From Leptonemataceae bacterium (GTDB lineage Bacteria; Spirochaetota; Leptospiria; Leptospirales; Leptonemataceae): DNA of 64,000 bases. The notes below the pieces were generated by a model, which was given only the letters and a program-made list of their open reading frames with translations, did no database searches and had not been told where the DNA came from. The stretch covers positions 4,896,001-4,960,000 of the forward strand of contig OZ245742.1 of assembly GCA_965227295.1 (NCBI GenBank), in the 5' to 3' direction. Positions 55,720 to 64,000 of the stretch are shown here, piece by piece. The position numbers and the translations under genes are program-made. Positions within the stretch are counted from its first letter, which is position 1, and every line of letters starts with the position of its first letter.

Positions 55720-56715
55720 ATGATCGTCAAATCCTACGGCACCCGCGGAAGCGTTCCGGTCAGCGGCAAAAACAAAAGCAAGTACGGCGGCAACACGACC
55801 TGCTGGCGCGTGCGCTCCCAGCGCGTGGACCCGGACACCGAAATCATCGTGGACGGCGGCTCCGGCCTGATCCCCCTCACGGAGGACCTGAACGTCGGGG
55901 CCCTGCGCAAGGTCACGCTCCTGTTCACTCACTATCACCTGGATCACATTAACGGCCTTGGCCTGTCCAGCTTCATGTACATTAAAAAGATCCGCAAGCA
56001 GGTCTTCGGCCCCGTGGATCAGGGCAAGGGCCCCATGGAGGCGCTGCAGTACGCCTTCCAGAAACCCTACTTCCCCGTGACGGACGAACGCATCAAATCC
56101 TCCTTCACGAACCTCATGGAAAACGGCATCGCCTCGAATCACGTGCTCTGCTTCACCCGGGATCTCTGCACTTCGCTCGCGCTCTCGGAGTACGAACGCA
56201 CGGTGGAAGATCCGGGCGGGCAGGTCCCGTTCGAGCTCGAAGGCCGCACGGTAAATTACAACCTGGACGAGGTCCTGTTCGTCAAAAGCATCGAGGTGGC
56301 GCACCCGGACCGCTGCGTTTCGTACCGCTTCGAAGAGTACGTCGTGCGCGGGGAACACGTGGAGCTCGTGTCGTGTTTTGTGCTGCTGACGGACTGCGAA
56401 GCCCAGCCCGCCGTGCCCTCGTTCTACGCCGCGCACTTGAACGGCGCGAACCTGGTGGCCGTGGATTGCCAGTACAGCCTGGAGGACTACGAAACCTACG
56501 CCGGCTTCGGTCACGGCAACCCGGACTGGGTCGGCCGCATCGCCGCGCGCACGAATGCGCGGAACATCGGCATCATCCACCACGATCCCCACGCCAGCGA
56601 CGACCGCGTGGACATGATCGTGACCCAGTGCCGCAGTTCCGCCGAACGGCTGGGCGCCAACCTCAGCGAAACGTCGGTCTTCGGCGTGCGGGACTACAGT
56701 GAATTTACGCTCTGA
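55720..56715 (+). CDS. MBL-fold metallohydrolase (phosphodiesterase-like)
   Basis: GTRGSVP, YGGNTTC, THYHLDHING, DCQY, GHGN, HHDP. Confidence 0.88.
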   Translation: MIVKSYGTRGSVPVSGKNKSKYGGNTTCWRVRSQRVDPDTEIIVDGGSGLIPLTEDLNVGALRKVTLLFTHYHLDHINGLGLSSFMYIKKIRKQVFGPVDQGKGPMEALQYAFQKPYFPVTDERIKSSFTNLMENGIASNHVLCFTRDLCTSLALSEYERTVEDPGGQVPFELEGRTVNYNLDEVLFVKSIEVAHPDRCVSYRFEEYVVRGEHVELVSCFVLLTDCEAQPAVPSFYAAHLNGANLVAVDCQYSLEDYETYAGFGHGNPDWVGRIAARTNARNIGIIHHDPHASDDRVDMIVTQCRSSAERLGANLSETSVFGVRDYSEFTL

Positions 56716-56787
56716 GCCGGCGTAAAGATTCGTCACGAAAGTTCGTCCGATGATTGACTGGATTTTATGCAGATGGAAAGGTACCCT

Positions 56788-57327
56788 ATGAACAGGAAGC
56801 ACACTCTCGATATTCTTCGCAGCACGCGGCGCTTGCTCTCCGCTCTCGCCGTACTGCTTACGATTGCAATCTTCGCGCCGGCGTGCGCGGTCTTCACCAG
56901 CATTTCGAACGCCCTCGACTCCACGTCCACCGCTCTCGGCAGCGCCAGCGACTCCCTGGAAAGCGTGTCCACGTCCGTGCGTTCCCTCTCGAACTCGCTC
57001 GCCTCCAGCAGCGAGTCCTTCGCCTCCGACGACGATGACGAAGAAGAGGCCACGAACTATCGCCGCGACATTCGCGTGCTCACCGCCTCGTATCTTACGG
57101 ACGGCGTGTCCGCCGACGGCGTGGAGTTTCGCCGGGACCTGGGCCGCGTCGCCGAACGCCACGGCGTGAGTGACTGGGAAAGCAATCCGTCTACGTACGA
57201 AGCCATCGGGGCCGGACTGCGCCAGGCCGGAATCGATCGCCGGCAAATCAGCGAGCGCTTCGCGGGCACGCATCCGAAAGCGTTGAAGCTCATGGAACGC
57301 GGCTACGACGCGGCCGCACGCAGTTGA
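56788..57327 (+). CDS. Putative lipoprotein with Ser-rich segment
   Basis: Hydrophobic signal ending APAC; Ser-rich helix, acidic run, GVSDWE..TYEAIGAGL. Confidence 0.75.
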   Translation: MNRKHTLDILRSTRRLLSALAVLLTIAIFAPACAVFTSISNALDSTSTALGSASDSLESVSTSVRSLSNSLASSSESFASDDDDEEEATNYRRDIRVLTASYLTDGVSADGVEFRRDLGRVAERHGVSDWESNPSTYEAIGAGLRQAGIDRRQISERFAGTHPKALKLMERGYDAAARS

Positions 57328-57362
57328 GTATCGCTTACGCCTGACGTAAGCCCGCGCACACG

Positions 57363-59255
57363 ATGTTGCCTCGTCTGTGGATGATCCTCGCCGCCGCGGT
57401 GTTTCTCAGCCTGCCCGCGGCGGCGCAGACTCCGGACACGCCGGAGTCGCAGTCCACCTATGAGTTCGTCTACGTCGACGCAAACATCGACGCCTCCAGC
57501 GGCGGCCACACGGCGCTGAAGTTCGGCGAGACCGTCTACCACTACCAGATGTTCGAGGACGGCATCTTTCGATTGGTGCGCGACGAATGGGGCCGCTTCC
57601 GCCGGCTCTACAACGATCTTGAGAATCGCAGCGTGCATCTGGCCCGCATCGCCGTCACGCCGGAAGAACTGCGCCGCATCGAAGACGAGTTCGCCCGACG
57701 CTTCGTTCTCCAGAGCCGACGCCTGGAAATCTACGCCGACCTGCGCCGGGAAGAGCGTTTGTTCCGGGCACTGTCCGGAGACAGCGACGATCCCGACGCC
57801 GATGATTCGGACCCGGGCGAAGCGTTGCGTCTTCGCGGCCTCGGTTTCTTCCGGCGCAATTCTTCCGCGAATCCCCACGGCCTGCGTTTGCTTGCGGCCG
57901 TGGCCGGGACTCCGGAAACGCGCGCGGAACTCGACGCGGAACTGCAATCCCTCGACGAGCAACTGCGTGCCGCCGTGCCCATGCCGGCAACCTACACGCC
58001 GCAACCCGGCGGCCCGAACACCTACGTCCGTTCGCCGCAACTGGTGAGCCGCTCCTACGTAAACGCGCTGCATCGCCGCGAGGCCCTGCAACTGCTGCGT
58101 TCGGCCGCGGACCCGGACGAAGACGCCTTCTTCGATCCGGCGAACCTGCCCGCGCCGCCCGATCTTACACTAACTGGCCACGAACGCAAGTTACTGGAAG
58201 GCTTCGCACGACAACTGGAACGCGATACGGCGCGTTTGCTCCGTCGCAGCCGGCGCGAGGACACGGCCGTTCCGTTGCTGCTCACCATGGCGCGTTATCA
58301 CGCGGTGCGACGGTCGCTGCAACGCGGGCGCTGGATTACCCTGGATCCCTTCCCCGAACGCCGAACCATCGTGCCCGGGGAATACGTGCGCCGGCAGGCC
58401 CTGCTCATGCGCCAGGTCGTGGGCCGCGCGCAAACGATTCGCAGCCGGGCCCGCGAGCGCGCCTTCGGAACGAAACGCAAAGAACTCACAACGAAACACT
58501 ATCGACTTTTCGAAGAACACGCCGGGCGCGCCTTCGAATTGGAGCGCGGCGTTCAGGAAGGTCGCACGGTGCGCGCGGCACAGGGGAAACTCATTCCCAT
58601 GCGCGCGGCCGCGGTCCGGCTTTCGGAATTCGGTAATGCGCGCACCGTAGAACGTTACCGTAGCGCCGCCGCGCTGGCGAAAGAAAACGCCGATCGCTAT
58701 CGCGAGCACATGCGCGCGATCTACGACTATCACTTAATTCGCAAGAACTGCGCCACCGAACTCTTTCGCACGTTGAACGCCGCGGCCCCCGATCCCGCGG
58801 AAGCGCCGGCCATCGTCCCCGGGCGCGGCTTTCAGTACATTCCGTTCGTGTCGTTTGACCTGGTCGTCGAGCGCCTGGATCCGGTGGCCGTGGAGACGTT
58901 GCCGTCGTACCGCAAACGTTTGCTCGCAAAAAGTTACGCCCGGGAGAACGGCGAAGCAGACACCGCGATCTATCTGCGCGAAACGCTGACCGGCACGGCC
59001 ACGCTTTATCATCACAAGCGCGAACATTCGGCGTTTCTGTTTTTCACCGACGACGTCTTCTGGGGCCGCCCCGTCTACGGCCTCGCGAATTTGAGCTACG
59101 GCCTCGGTTACTCGGCCGTGGGTTTGTTTACGGCCCCCTTTGATGACGGCGCACGCCTGGAAGCCGGCGCAAAGGGCATGCTCTTCTCGGTACCGGAGTT
59201 GGTGTTTCAGAATATTCGCAAGGGCGGGTATGACTTTGTGCCCCGGGGGGATTGA
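57363..59255 (+). CDS. Secreted hypothetical protein with His...NC dyad (DUF4105-like)
   Basis: Signal peptide; GGHTALKFG near the N-terminus and YHLIRKNCATEL later. Confidence 0.6.
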   Translation: MLPRLWMILAAAVFLSLPAAAQTPDTPESQSTYEFVYVDANIDASSGGHTALKFGETVYHYQMFEDGIFRLVRDEWGRFRRLYNDLENRSVHLARIAVTPEELRRIEDEFARRFVLQSRRLEIYADLRREERLFRALSGDSDDPDADDSDPGEALRLRGLGFFRRNSSANPHGLRLLAAVAGTPETRAELDAELQSLDEQLRAAVPMPATYTPQPGGPNTYVRSPQLVSRSYVNALHRREALQLLRSAADPDEDAFFDPANLPAPPDLTLTGHERKLLEGFARQLERDTARLLRRSRREDTAVPLLLTMARYHAVRRSLQRGRWITLDPFPERRTIVPGEYVRRQALLMRQVVGRAQTIRSRARERAFGTKRKELTTKHYRLFEEHAGRAFELERGVQEGRTVRAAQGKLIPMRAAAVRLSEFGNARTVERYRSAAALAKENADRYREHMRAIYDYHLIRKNCATELFRTLNAAAPDPAEAPAIVPGRGFQYIPFVSFDLVVERLDPVAVETLPSYRKRLLAKSYARENGEADTAIYLRETLTGTATLYHHKREHSAFLFFTDDVFWGRPVYGLANLSYGLGYSAVGLFTAPFDDGARLEAGAKGMLFSVPELVFQNIRKGGYDFVPRGD

Positions 59256-59257
59256 CG

Positions 59258-59277
59258 CCGAGGATCGAGGTACCGAG
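59258..59277. repeat. REP-like unit related to 36345-36364
   Basis: CCGAGGATCGAGGTACCGAG versus CCGAGGACCGAGGTACCGAG (1 mismatch in 20). Confidence 0.55.
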
Positions 59278-59287
59278 GAAAAGCTCC

Positions 59288-59503
59288 TTAACGATGCAAC
59301 CCATCATCCACGATGCGTTTGCCGGCGTTTCCGGCGATGACGGACATTGTCGTTTCCAGGATCACGTTCCAGTCTTCGACAGGGGTGTTGCGCAGCCGGT
59401 CCGAGTTCCAGCGTAACGTGCGCAGTTCCGCCCAGATGCGCGCGCCGAGTTCGCTCACGGCGATGGTGTCCGGGTCGTTCTGCGTAAGACCGTCGTCGCT
59501 CAT
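59288..59503 (-). CDS. Small hypothetical protein (71 aa)
   Basis: ATG immediately after the upstream STAS stop; plausible codon usage. Confidence 0.5.
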   Translation of the reverse strand: MSDDGLTQNDPDTIAVSELGARIWAELRTLRWNSDRLRNTPVEDWNVILETTMSVIAGNAGKRIVDDGLHR

Positions 59504-59504
59504 G

Positions 59505-59984
59505 TTAGCCGGCTTCGTTGCCGGTGCCGGAGTTTGTTTTTGAGAGATGCCGGAAACTTTCGAAGGCTTCCTTTTCGTTGCTGTACATGCTGAATACACG
59601 ATCCAGACGCGTGAGTTTCAAAACTTCCACACACGGGGTGGAGATGTCCGCCATGACCACGCGGCCGCCCTTCTTTAAGAGATCCCGGTAGAGTTCCATG
59701 AAGGCGCCGATGCCCGCCGAAGAGATGCGAGTGACACCGGCCAGATGCAGGATGATGTTCCGCTCCCCTTCGTCCACCGCGCGGCGAAAGTGATCGCGTA
59801 GATCGGGGACCGTCAGCAAATCCACGGAACCTGAGACCCGAAAGAGGGTAACGTCCTTCTTACGCTGCCGGTAGATTAGCGCGGGCGAACTCACGGCTAC
59901 CAGCGTCGTATGGAATCGCCAGGATTCCAACAAATTTATAACGGATTCATAACACTTTTTGCGAACAAGCGCCCGTGTAATCAA
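59505..59984 (-). CDS. STAS domain protein
   Basis: VSGSVDLLTVPDLR..LHLAGVTRISSAGIG; true start probably downstream of 59984. Confidence 0.85.
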   Translation of the reverse strand: MITRALVRKKCYESVINLLESWRFHTTLVAVSSPALIYRQRKKDVTLFRVSGSVDLLTVPDLRDHFRRAVDEGERNIILHLAGVTRISSAGIGAFMELYRDLLKKGGRVVMADISTPCVEVLKLTRLDRVFSMYSNEKEAFESFRHLSKTNSGTGNEAG

Positions 59985-60014
59985 TGCTGCGTAGTTTTGT
60001 GTGAATTGAAAGTA

Positions 60015-60350
60015 TCATCGGTATGCGGCGACGGCTTCGTCGACACTGCCGTGAATATTGAAGAATTCCACCAGACGCATGAGCTGGAGCACATCGCGGG
60101 AAGGATCGGAGAGGCCCACCAGGCATAAGCGACCGCCGCGTTTTTTGAGGTCCTGGTTGAACGAGAGAAGCGCCCCGGAGCCGGCCGAGGAAAGATTGTC
60201 CACGCCGTTCATGTCCACAATCACGTGCAGGTCGCCGCGATCCAGGCAGCCGTGAAACTCGGCCCGTAGTTCGGGCATGGTTACGAGATCCATGGAGCCA
60301 TCGATCGCGAAGATCACGTAACCGTCGCGGCTGCTCTTGCGAATATCCAT
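60015..60350 (-). CDS. STAS domain protein
   Basis: IDGSMDLVTMPELR..VDMNGVDNLSSAGSG; RBS GGAG before MDIRK. Confidence 0.88.
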   Translation of the reverse strand: MDIRKSSRDGYVIFAIDGSMDLVTMPELRAEFHGCLDRGDLHVIVDMNGVDNLSSAGSGALLSFNQDLKKRGGRLCLVGLSDPSRDVLQLMRLVEFFNIHGSVDEAVAAYR

Positions 60351-60386
60351 GATAGCGCTCCACATATCCCTGATCTCCGGTATGCG

Positions 60387-62540
60387 TCAAGCTTCCTGAT
60401 CGTCGTCGTCGACGGCAGTCGCGGCTTCCTGTTCCTGCCGGCTGCGGAGCGCTACGGTGTCGACCACTTCCACCTGGACGTCGTGGGGAATCTCCTCGTG
60501 CGCGAGGACTGTAAAATTACGGGCCGGAAATAAACGTTCCAGTATGTAAAAGATGCCCGCGCGAATGGCGCGGCTGCACAGGAAGATCGGATGGCGGCCT
60601 TCGGTGATGGCCGCCTGGTAACGTTCGGTGATGGCATCGCGCAGCGCCGCCTGGAAGTCCGGCCGCAACGCCATAACGAAACCTTCCTCGGGATCGCGGT
60701 GAATGCCCTCGCGCAAACGCCGGTCGACGTTGGGATCGACGGAGATCGTACGCAGGCGATTCTGATCGTCCACGTACTCCGAAACGATTTGCCGGCGCAA
60801 ACTCTGACGCACGGCCTCGGTGAGTAAGTACGGATCGTTCTGGGTGCGATCGGCGTGATTCGAAATGCTTTCTAAGATGCGCACCATGTTGCGAATGGAT
60901 ACGCCCTCTTTGAGAAGATTTTGCAGCACCGCCTGGATCTGGCCGAGGCTGATCTTCTTCTCCTGGAGCACCTCGTCCACGACCACGGGGTTCTCTTCGC
61001 GAATCGAATCGACGATGCTCTTGATTTCCTGACGACCCATGATGTCCGACGAGTTCTGACTGATGACGCTCGACAGGTGCGTGGCGATCACCGTCGACGG
61101 ATCGACGACGTCGTAGCCGCCGGCCTCGGCCTCGCCTTTTTGATCGGCGTCGATCCAGAAGGCTTTGAGATTGTACGTGGGCTCGGTGAAACTTTCGCCC
61201 TGCAATTCCTGCGTCACCCGACCGGTATCGATGGCCATGAGTTTGTCGGCTTCGAGTCGGGCCTGACCGATGATCGATCCCTGCAACTTGATGCCGTACT
61301 CGCTGGGATCCAGGTTCATGTTGTCCCGAATGCGCACGGGCGGTACGATCAGACCGCTCTCCATGGCGAAGCGTTTGCGCAAACGTGAGATCTGATCCAG
61401 CAACGTACCGCCGGCTTTGGGATCCACCAGTGGTATGAGGTTGTAACCGATCTCCACTTCTAACGGTTCGGTGCGTAAGTGTTGCAGATACGATTCCGGT
61501 TTGCGTTCGTCGGCCTGCTCCGCCTCGCGCTCGGCTTCTTTGGCCTGCTCGGTCTTCAGTCCCTGCTCGATGCGCGTGCCGAGATAGATCATGAGTCCGC
61601 CGAGACCGAACATGGCGATCATGGGAAAACCGGGGATGAGTCCGGAAAGTAAGAGCATGGCGCCGACGGCGTAGAGCAAGCGCGGATTGCCTAACAGTTG
61701 CGAACGTACATCTTGCGGTAACGATTCGTCGCCGACGCTGCGCGAGACGATCACACCGGTGGCGGTGGAGATCAAGAGCGCGGGGATCGTCGAGACGAGA
61801 CCGTCACCGATGGTAAAGCGCGTGTAGATCTCCGCGGCGCTACCGAAGGTTTCACCGCGAATGGCGATGCCCACGATGAGGCCGCCGATGATGTTGATGG
61901 CGGTGAGCACGAGGCCGAGACGCACATCCCCCTGGACGAATTTCGAGGCACCGTCCATGGCCCCGTAGAAGTTCATTTCTTTTTGCAGCGATTCCCGACG
62001 CCGGCGGGCCTCGCGTTCGTCGATGTAACCGGCCGATAGGTCCGAGTCGATGGCGAGCTGCTTACCGGGCAAAGAATCCAATGCGAAACGCGCGGCGACT
62101 TCCGAAACCCGCGTGGCGCCCTTCGTGATGACCAACACCTGCACGAGGACGAGGACCGTGAAGATGATGATCCCGATGACCAGCGAACCGGTGGAGCCCC
62201 CGCCGCCGACGACAAACGTACCGAAGACCTGGATCAACGCCGACGACGCCGAGTCGCCCTGGCTTAAGACCATCCGCGTGGTGCTTACGTTCACCGCCAG
62301 GCGATAGATCGTGGTGACCAGCAGCAGCGTCGGAAAGACGGTGAAGTCCGCCGGGGACTTCGAAGAGAGCGCGGTCAGCAAGATGAGAATGCCCGAGAGT
62401 AGCGAGATGGCGATCAGCCCGTCCAGGACGTAACCGGGCAGCGGGATGACGATGAGCGTTAAGATGAAAACGACGCCGAGACCGAGCACCGCGTCGGAAC
62501 TACTGACGTATTTTCGGATTGTGGCCAGGATGTCGTTCAT
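60387..62540 (-). CDS. flhA: Flagellar export protein FlhA
   Basis: FPTLLL, VITKGATRVSEVAARFALDSLPGKQ, FYGAMDGASKFV, TIGDGLV. Confidence 0.96.
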   Translation of the reverse strand: MNDILATIRKYVSSSDAVLGLGVVFILTLIVIPLPGYVLDGLIAISLLSGILILLTALSSKSPADFTVFPTLLLVTTIYRLAVNVSTTRMVLSQGDSASSALIQVFGTFVVGGGGSTGSLVIGIIIFTVLVLVQVLVITKGATRVSEVAARFALDSLPGKQLAIDSDLSAGYIDEREARRRRESLQKEMNFYGAMDGASKFVQGDVRLGLVLTAINIIGGLIVGIAIRGETFGSAAEIYTRFTIGDGLVSTIPALLISTATGVIVSRSVGDESLPQDVRSQLLGNPRLLYAVGAMLLLSGLIPGFPMIAMFGLGGLMIYLGTRIEQGLKTEQAKEAEREAEQADERKPESYLQHLRTEPLEVEIGYNLIPLVDPKAGGTLLDQISRLRKRFAMESGLIVPPVRIRDNMNLDPSEYGIKLQGSIIGQARLEADKLMAIDTGRVTQELQGESFTEPTYNLKAFWIDADQKGEAEAGGYDVVDPSTVIATHLSSVISQNSSDIMGRQEIKSIVDSIREENPVVVDEVLQEKKISLGQIQAVLQNLLKEGVSIRNMVRILESISNHADRTQNDPYLLTEAVRQSLRRQIVSEYVDDQNRLRTISVDPNVDRRLREGIHRDPEEGFVMALRPDFQAALRDAITERYQAAITEGRHPIFLCSRAIRAGIFYILERLFPARNFTVLAHEEIPHDVQVEVVDTVALRSRQEQEAATAVDDDDQEA

Positions 62541-62597
62541 GTGTGATTTCGCCTCAAGAATGCGCCGGTTTTTCTCTTCGCGTTAGGGATGCGGAGG

Positions 62598-62692
62598 GTC
62601 GCGCGCAGCGCGAGTCTTTGCGCAGCAAAGACCGAAGCGATAGCGGAGCCCGGAGCAGCCCGACGGACGGCGCCTGGGCCTGGCGCCGTCCG
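62598..62692. repeat. Palindrome-rich REP-like element between flhB and flhA
   Basis: TCGCGC-GCA-GCGCGA, GTCTTTGC-GCA-GCAAAGAC and CGGACGGCGCC/GGCGCCGTCCG stems; first motif shared with 37271. Confidence 0.55.
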
Positions 62693-62789
62693 GAACGCCC
62701 GAACAAAGACCGCTTCGTGTTCCGGTACATCATTGATTTTCCAGGTTGTACATTTTCTGCTATAGGAGTACAGTACAATTTTAATTTTT

Positions 62790-63998
62790 TTAAGATGCGT
62801 TCGCCCCGGTGGAACTTCTGAATTTGTCGAGACGGGCGAATATCATCGACACGACCTGATACAACGTCTCCGGAATCTCCTGGCCGATCTCCACCTCGGC
62901 ATACAACGTACGCGCGAGTTGCGGGTTTTCCTGGATGGGCACGTTGTTTTCGCGGGCGATGTTGCGAATCAGGAACGCCAGGTGATCGGTGCCCTTGGCG
63001 ATGACGAGGGGCGCCTGGGCCTGGCCGGGATCGTACTGCAACGCGACGGCGTAGTGCGTGGGGTTCGTAACGACGACGTCGGCGCCGGGCACCTGCTCAA
63101 GCATGTTACGGCGGTTGCGCAGTTCGTAAGCACGGTCGCGCTGGCGCTGACGGATCATGGGATCCCCCTCTTCGTCTTTGCGCTCGCGCCGGGCCTCGGA
63201 CACGGTCATCTTCAGGTTTTCCATGTACTCGAAGCGCTGATAAAAAAAATCCGGAATCGCCACGGCGAACAGGATCAGGGCGGCGACCACCAGCAACTTA
63301 AAGGCCACCCAGGCGAACAAAGTAATCGCCTGGGGCAAATCCATGTTCGCGGTCTTGAGCATCGGCAGATAGTCGTCGACGGTAATGAGATACGAAGATC
63401 CGGCGATGAGTATGATCTGCACGATGATCTTCAGCAGGTTGACCAGCGTACGACGCGCGGGCAGTACGCGTTTGAAGTCCGGCTTCATGCGTTCGGGTTT
63501 GATCGATAACGGCTGCAATGTAAAAAGCAGGCCGAACTGCGAAACGTTGCCGACGATCGCGAAAAAGAACGCGGCCAGACCGATGGGCGCCGTGATGAGT
63601 GCCGAGTACCAGAAGACGTTCATGGCCACGGCCTGGATGTCTTCGAGAGCGTAAGTCCCGACGACGGAAAAGTCGTACTCGAAGTAATGACGAAAGACGT
63701 GCAGGATCATGCGCAGCATGAGCGAGCCGGCGAGAAAGAGCATGGCCACGGTGCCGATGAGTACGGCGGCGGAGGTGACGTCCTGGGACTTCGGGACGTT
63801 GCCCTTCTCCCGCTCTTCCCGCTGCCGCCGCTCGGTGGGGTCTTCGGTACGGCCTTCGTCTTCCGCGGCGAAGCGCTGGAGGTCGTAGGTCGGTAATGTC
63901 GCTTCGTTAACTCTTTGCCACAGAGGCACAGAGGACACAGAGAGCAAATGTGCGGAATGGATGCTGGTCGGGCTATTATGGCAGCAGGATTGGATCAT
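62790..63998 (-). CDS. flhB: Flagellar export protein FlhB
   Basis: EGRTEDPTERR..KGNVPKSQD, EGDPMIRQRQR, autocleavage motif NPTH; start uncertain. Confidence 0.95.
   Translation of the reverse strand: MIQSCCHNSPTSIHSAHLLSVSSVPLWQRVNEATLPTYDLQRFAAEDEGRTEDPTERRQREEREKGNVPKSQDVTSAAVLIGTVAMLFLAGSLMLRMILHVFRHYFEYDFSVVGTYALEDIQAVAMNVFWYSALITAPIGLAAFFFAIVGNVSQFGLLFTLQPLSIKPERMKPDFKRVLPARRTLVNLLKIIVQIILIAGSSYLITVDDYLPMLKTANMDLPQAITLFAWVAFKLLVVAALILFAVAIPDFFYQRFEYMENLKMTVSEARRERKDEEGDPMIRQRQRDRAYELRNRRNMLEQVPGADVVVTNPTHYAVALQYDPGQAQAPLVIAKGTDHLAFLIRNIARENNVPIQENPQLARTLYAEVEIGQEIPETLYQVVSMIFARLDKFRSSTGANAS
63914..63942 (+). repeat. CACAGAG heptad REP-like repeat at the 5' end of flhB
   Basis: TTTGCCACAGAGGCACAGAGGACACAGAG contains three CACAGAG units. 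Confidence 0.55.
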
Positions 63999-64000
63999 TC

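Noticed and set aside
55528..57273. 581-aa minus-strand ORF
   Set aside because: Antisense shadow of the MBL hydrolase and lipoprotein genes, typical of high-GC DNA.

Overview
GC-rich bacterial chromosomal window, most likely from a Leptospiraceae-like spirochaete. That assignment is an inference from the FlhB N-terminal FAAEDEGRTE motif, an 8-Cys secreted protein and the many STAS/SpoIIE signalling proteins. In order it holds: (1) the first two genes of a modular cis-AT type I PKS (KS-AT-AT-DH*-ER-KR-ACP, then KS-AT-DH running off the window); (2) a membrane glycosyltransferase, STAS proteins and a stand-alone gltD; (3) pstSCAB-phoU with a probable porin; (4) a candidate RiPP/peptide-signalling locus, in which a radical SAM enzyme and a DDxxD isoprenoid-synthase-fold protein are divergent from a 67-aa Nif11/NHLP-like peptide ending RGY, followed by a 7TM hybrid kinase-REC-PP2C; (5) neutral ceramidase, an S8 protease with FG-GAP repeats, and AraC and Crp regulators; (6) a VWA/hypothetical/CapK-like module interrupted by an inverted DUF4157-LysM effector and an Lgt-like gene; (7) nadR followed by two tandem ~310-nt non-coding copies with conserved base-pairing (candidate novel structured RNA); (8) a second pstSCAB-phoU copy, with each pst locus flanked by a paralogous small ORF sharing a promoter motif; (9) SDR, CHAP-like, MBL and lipoprotein genes, two STAS genes, flhA and flhB. 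No rRNA, tRNA, CRISPR array or transposase was seen. All family calls come from motif recognition by eye; no database searches were run.
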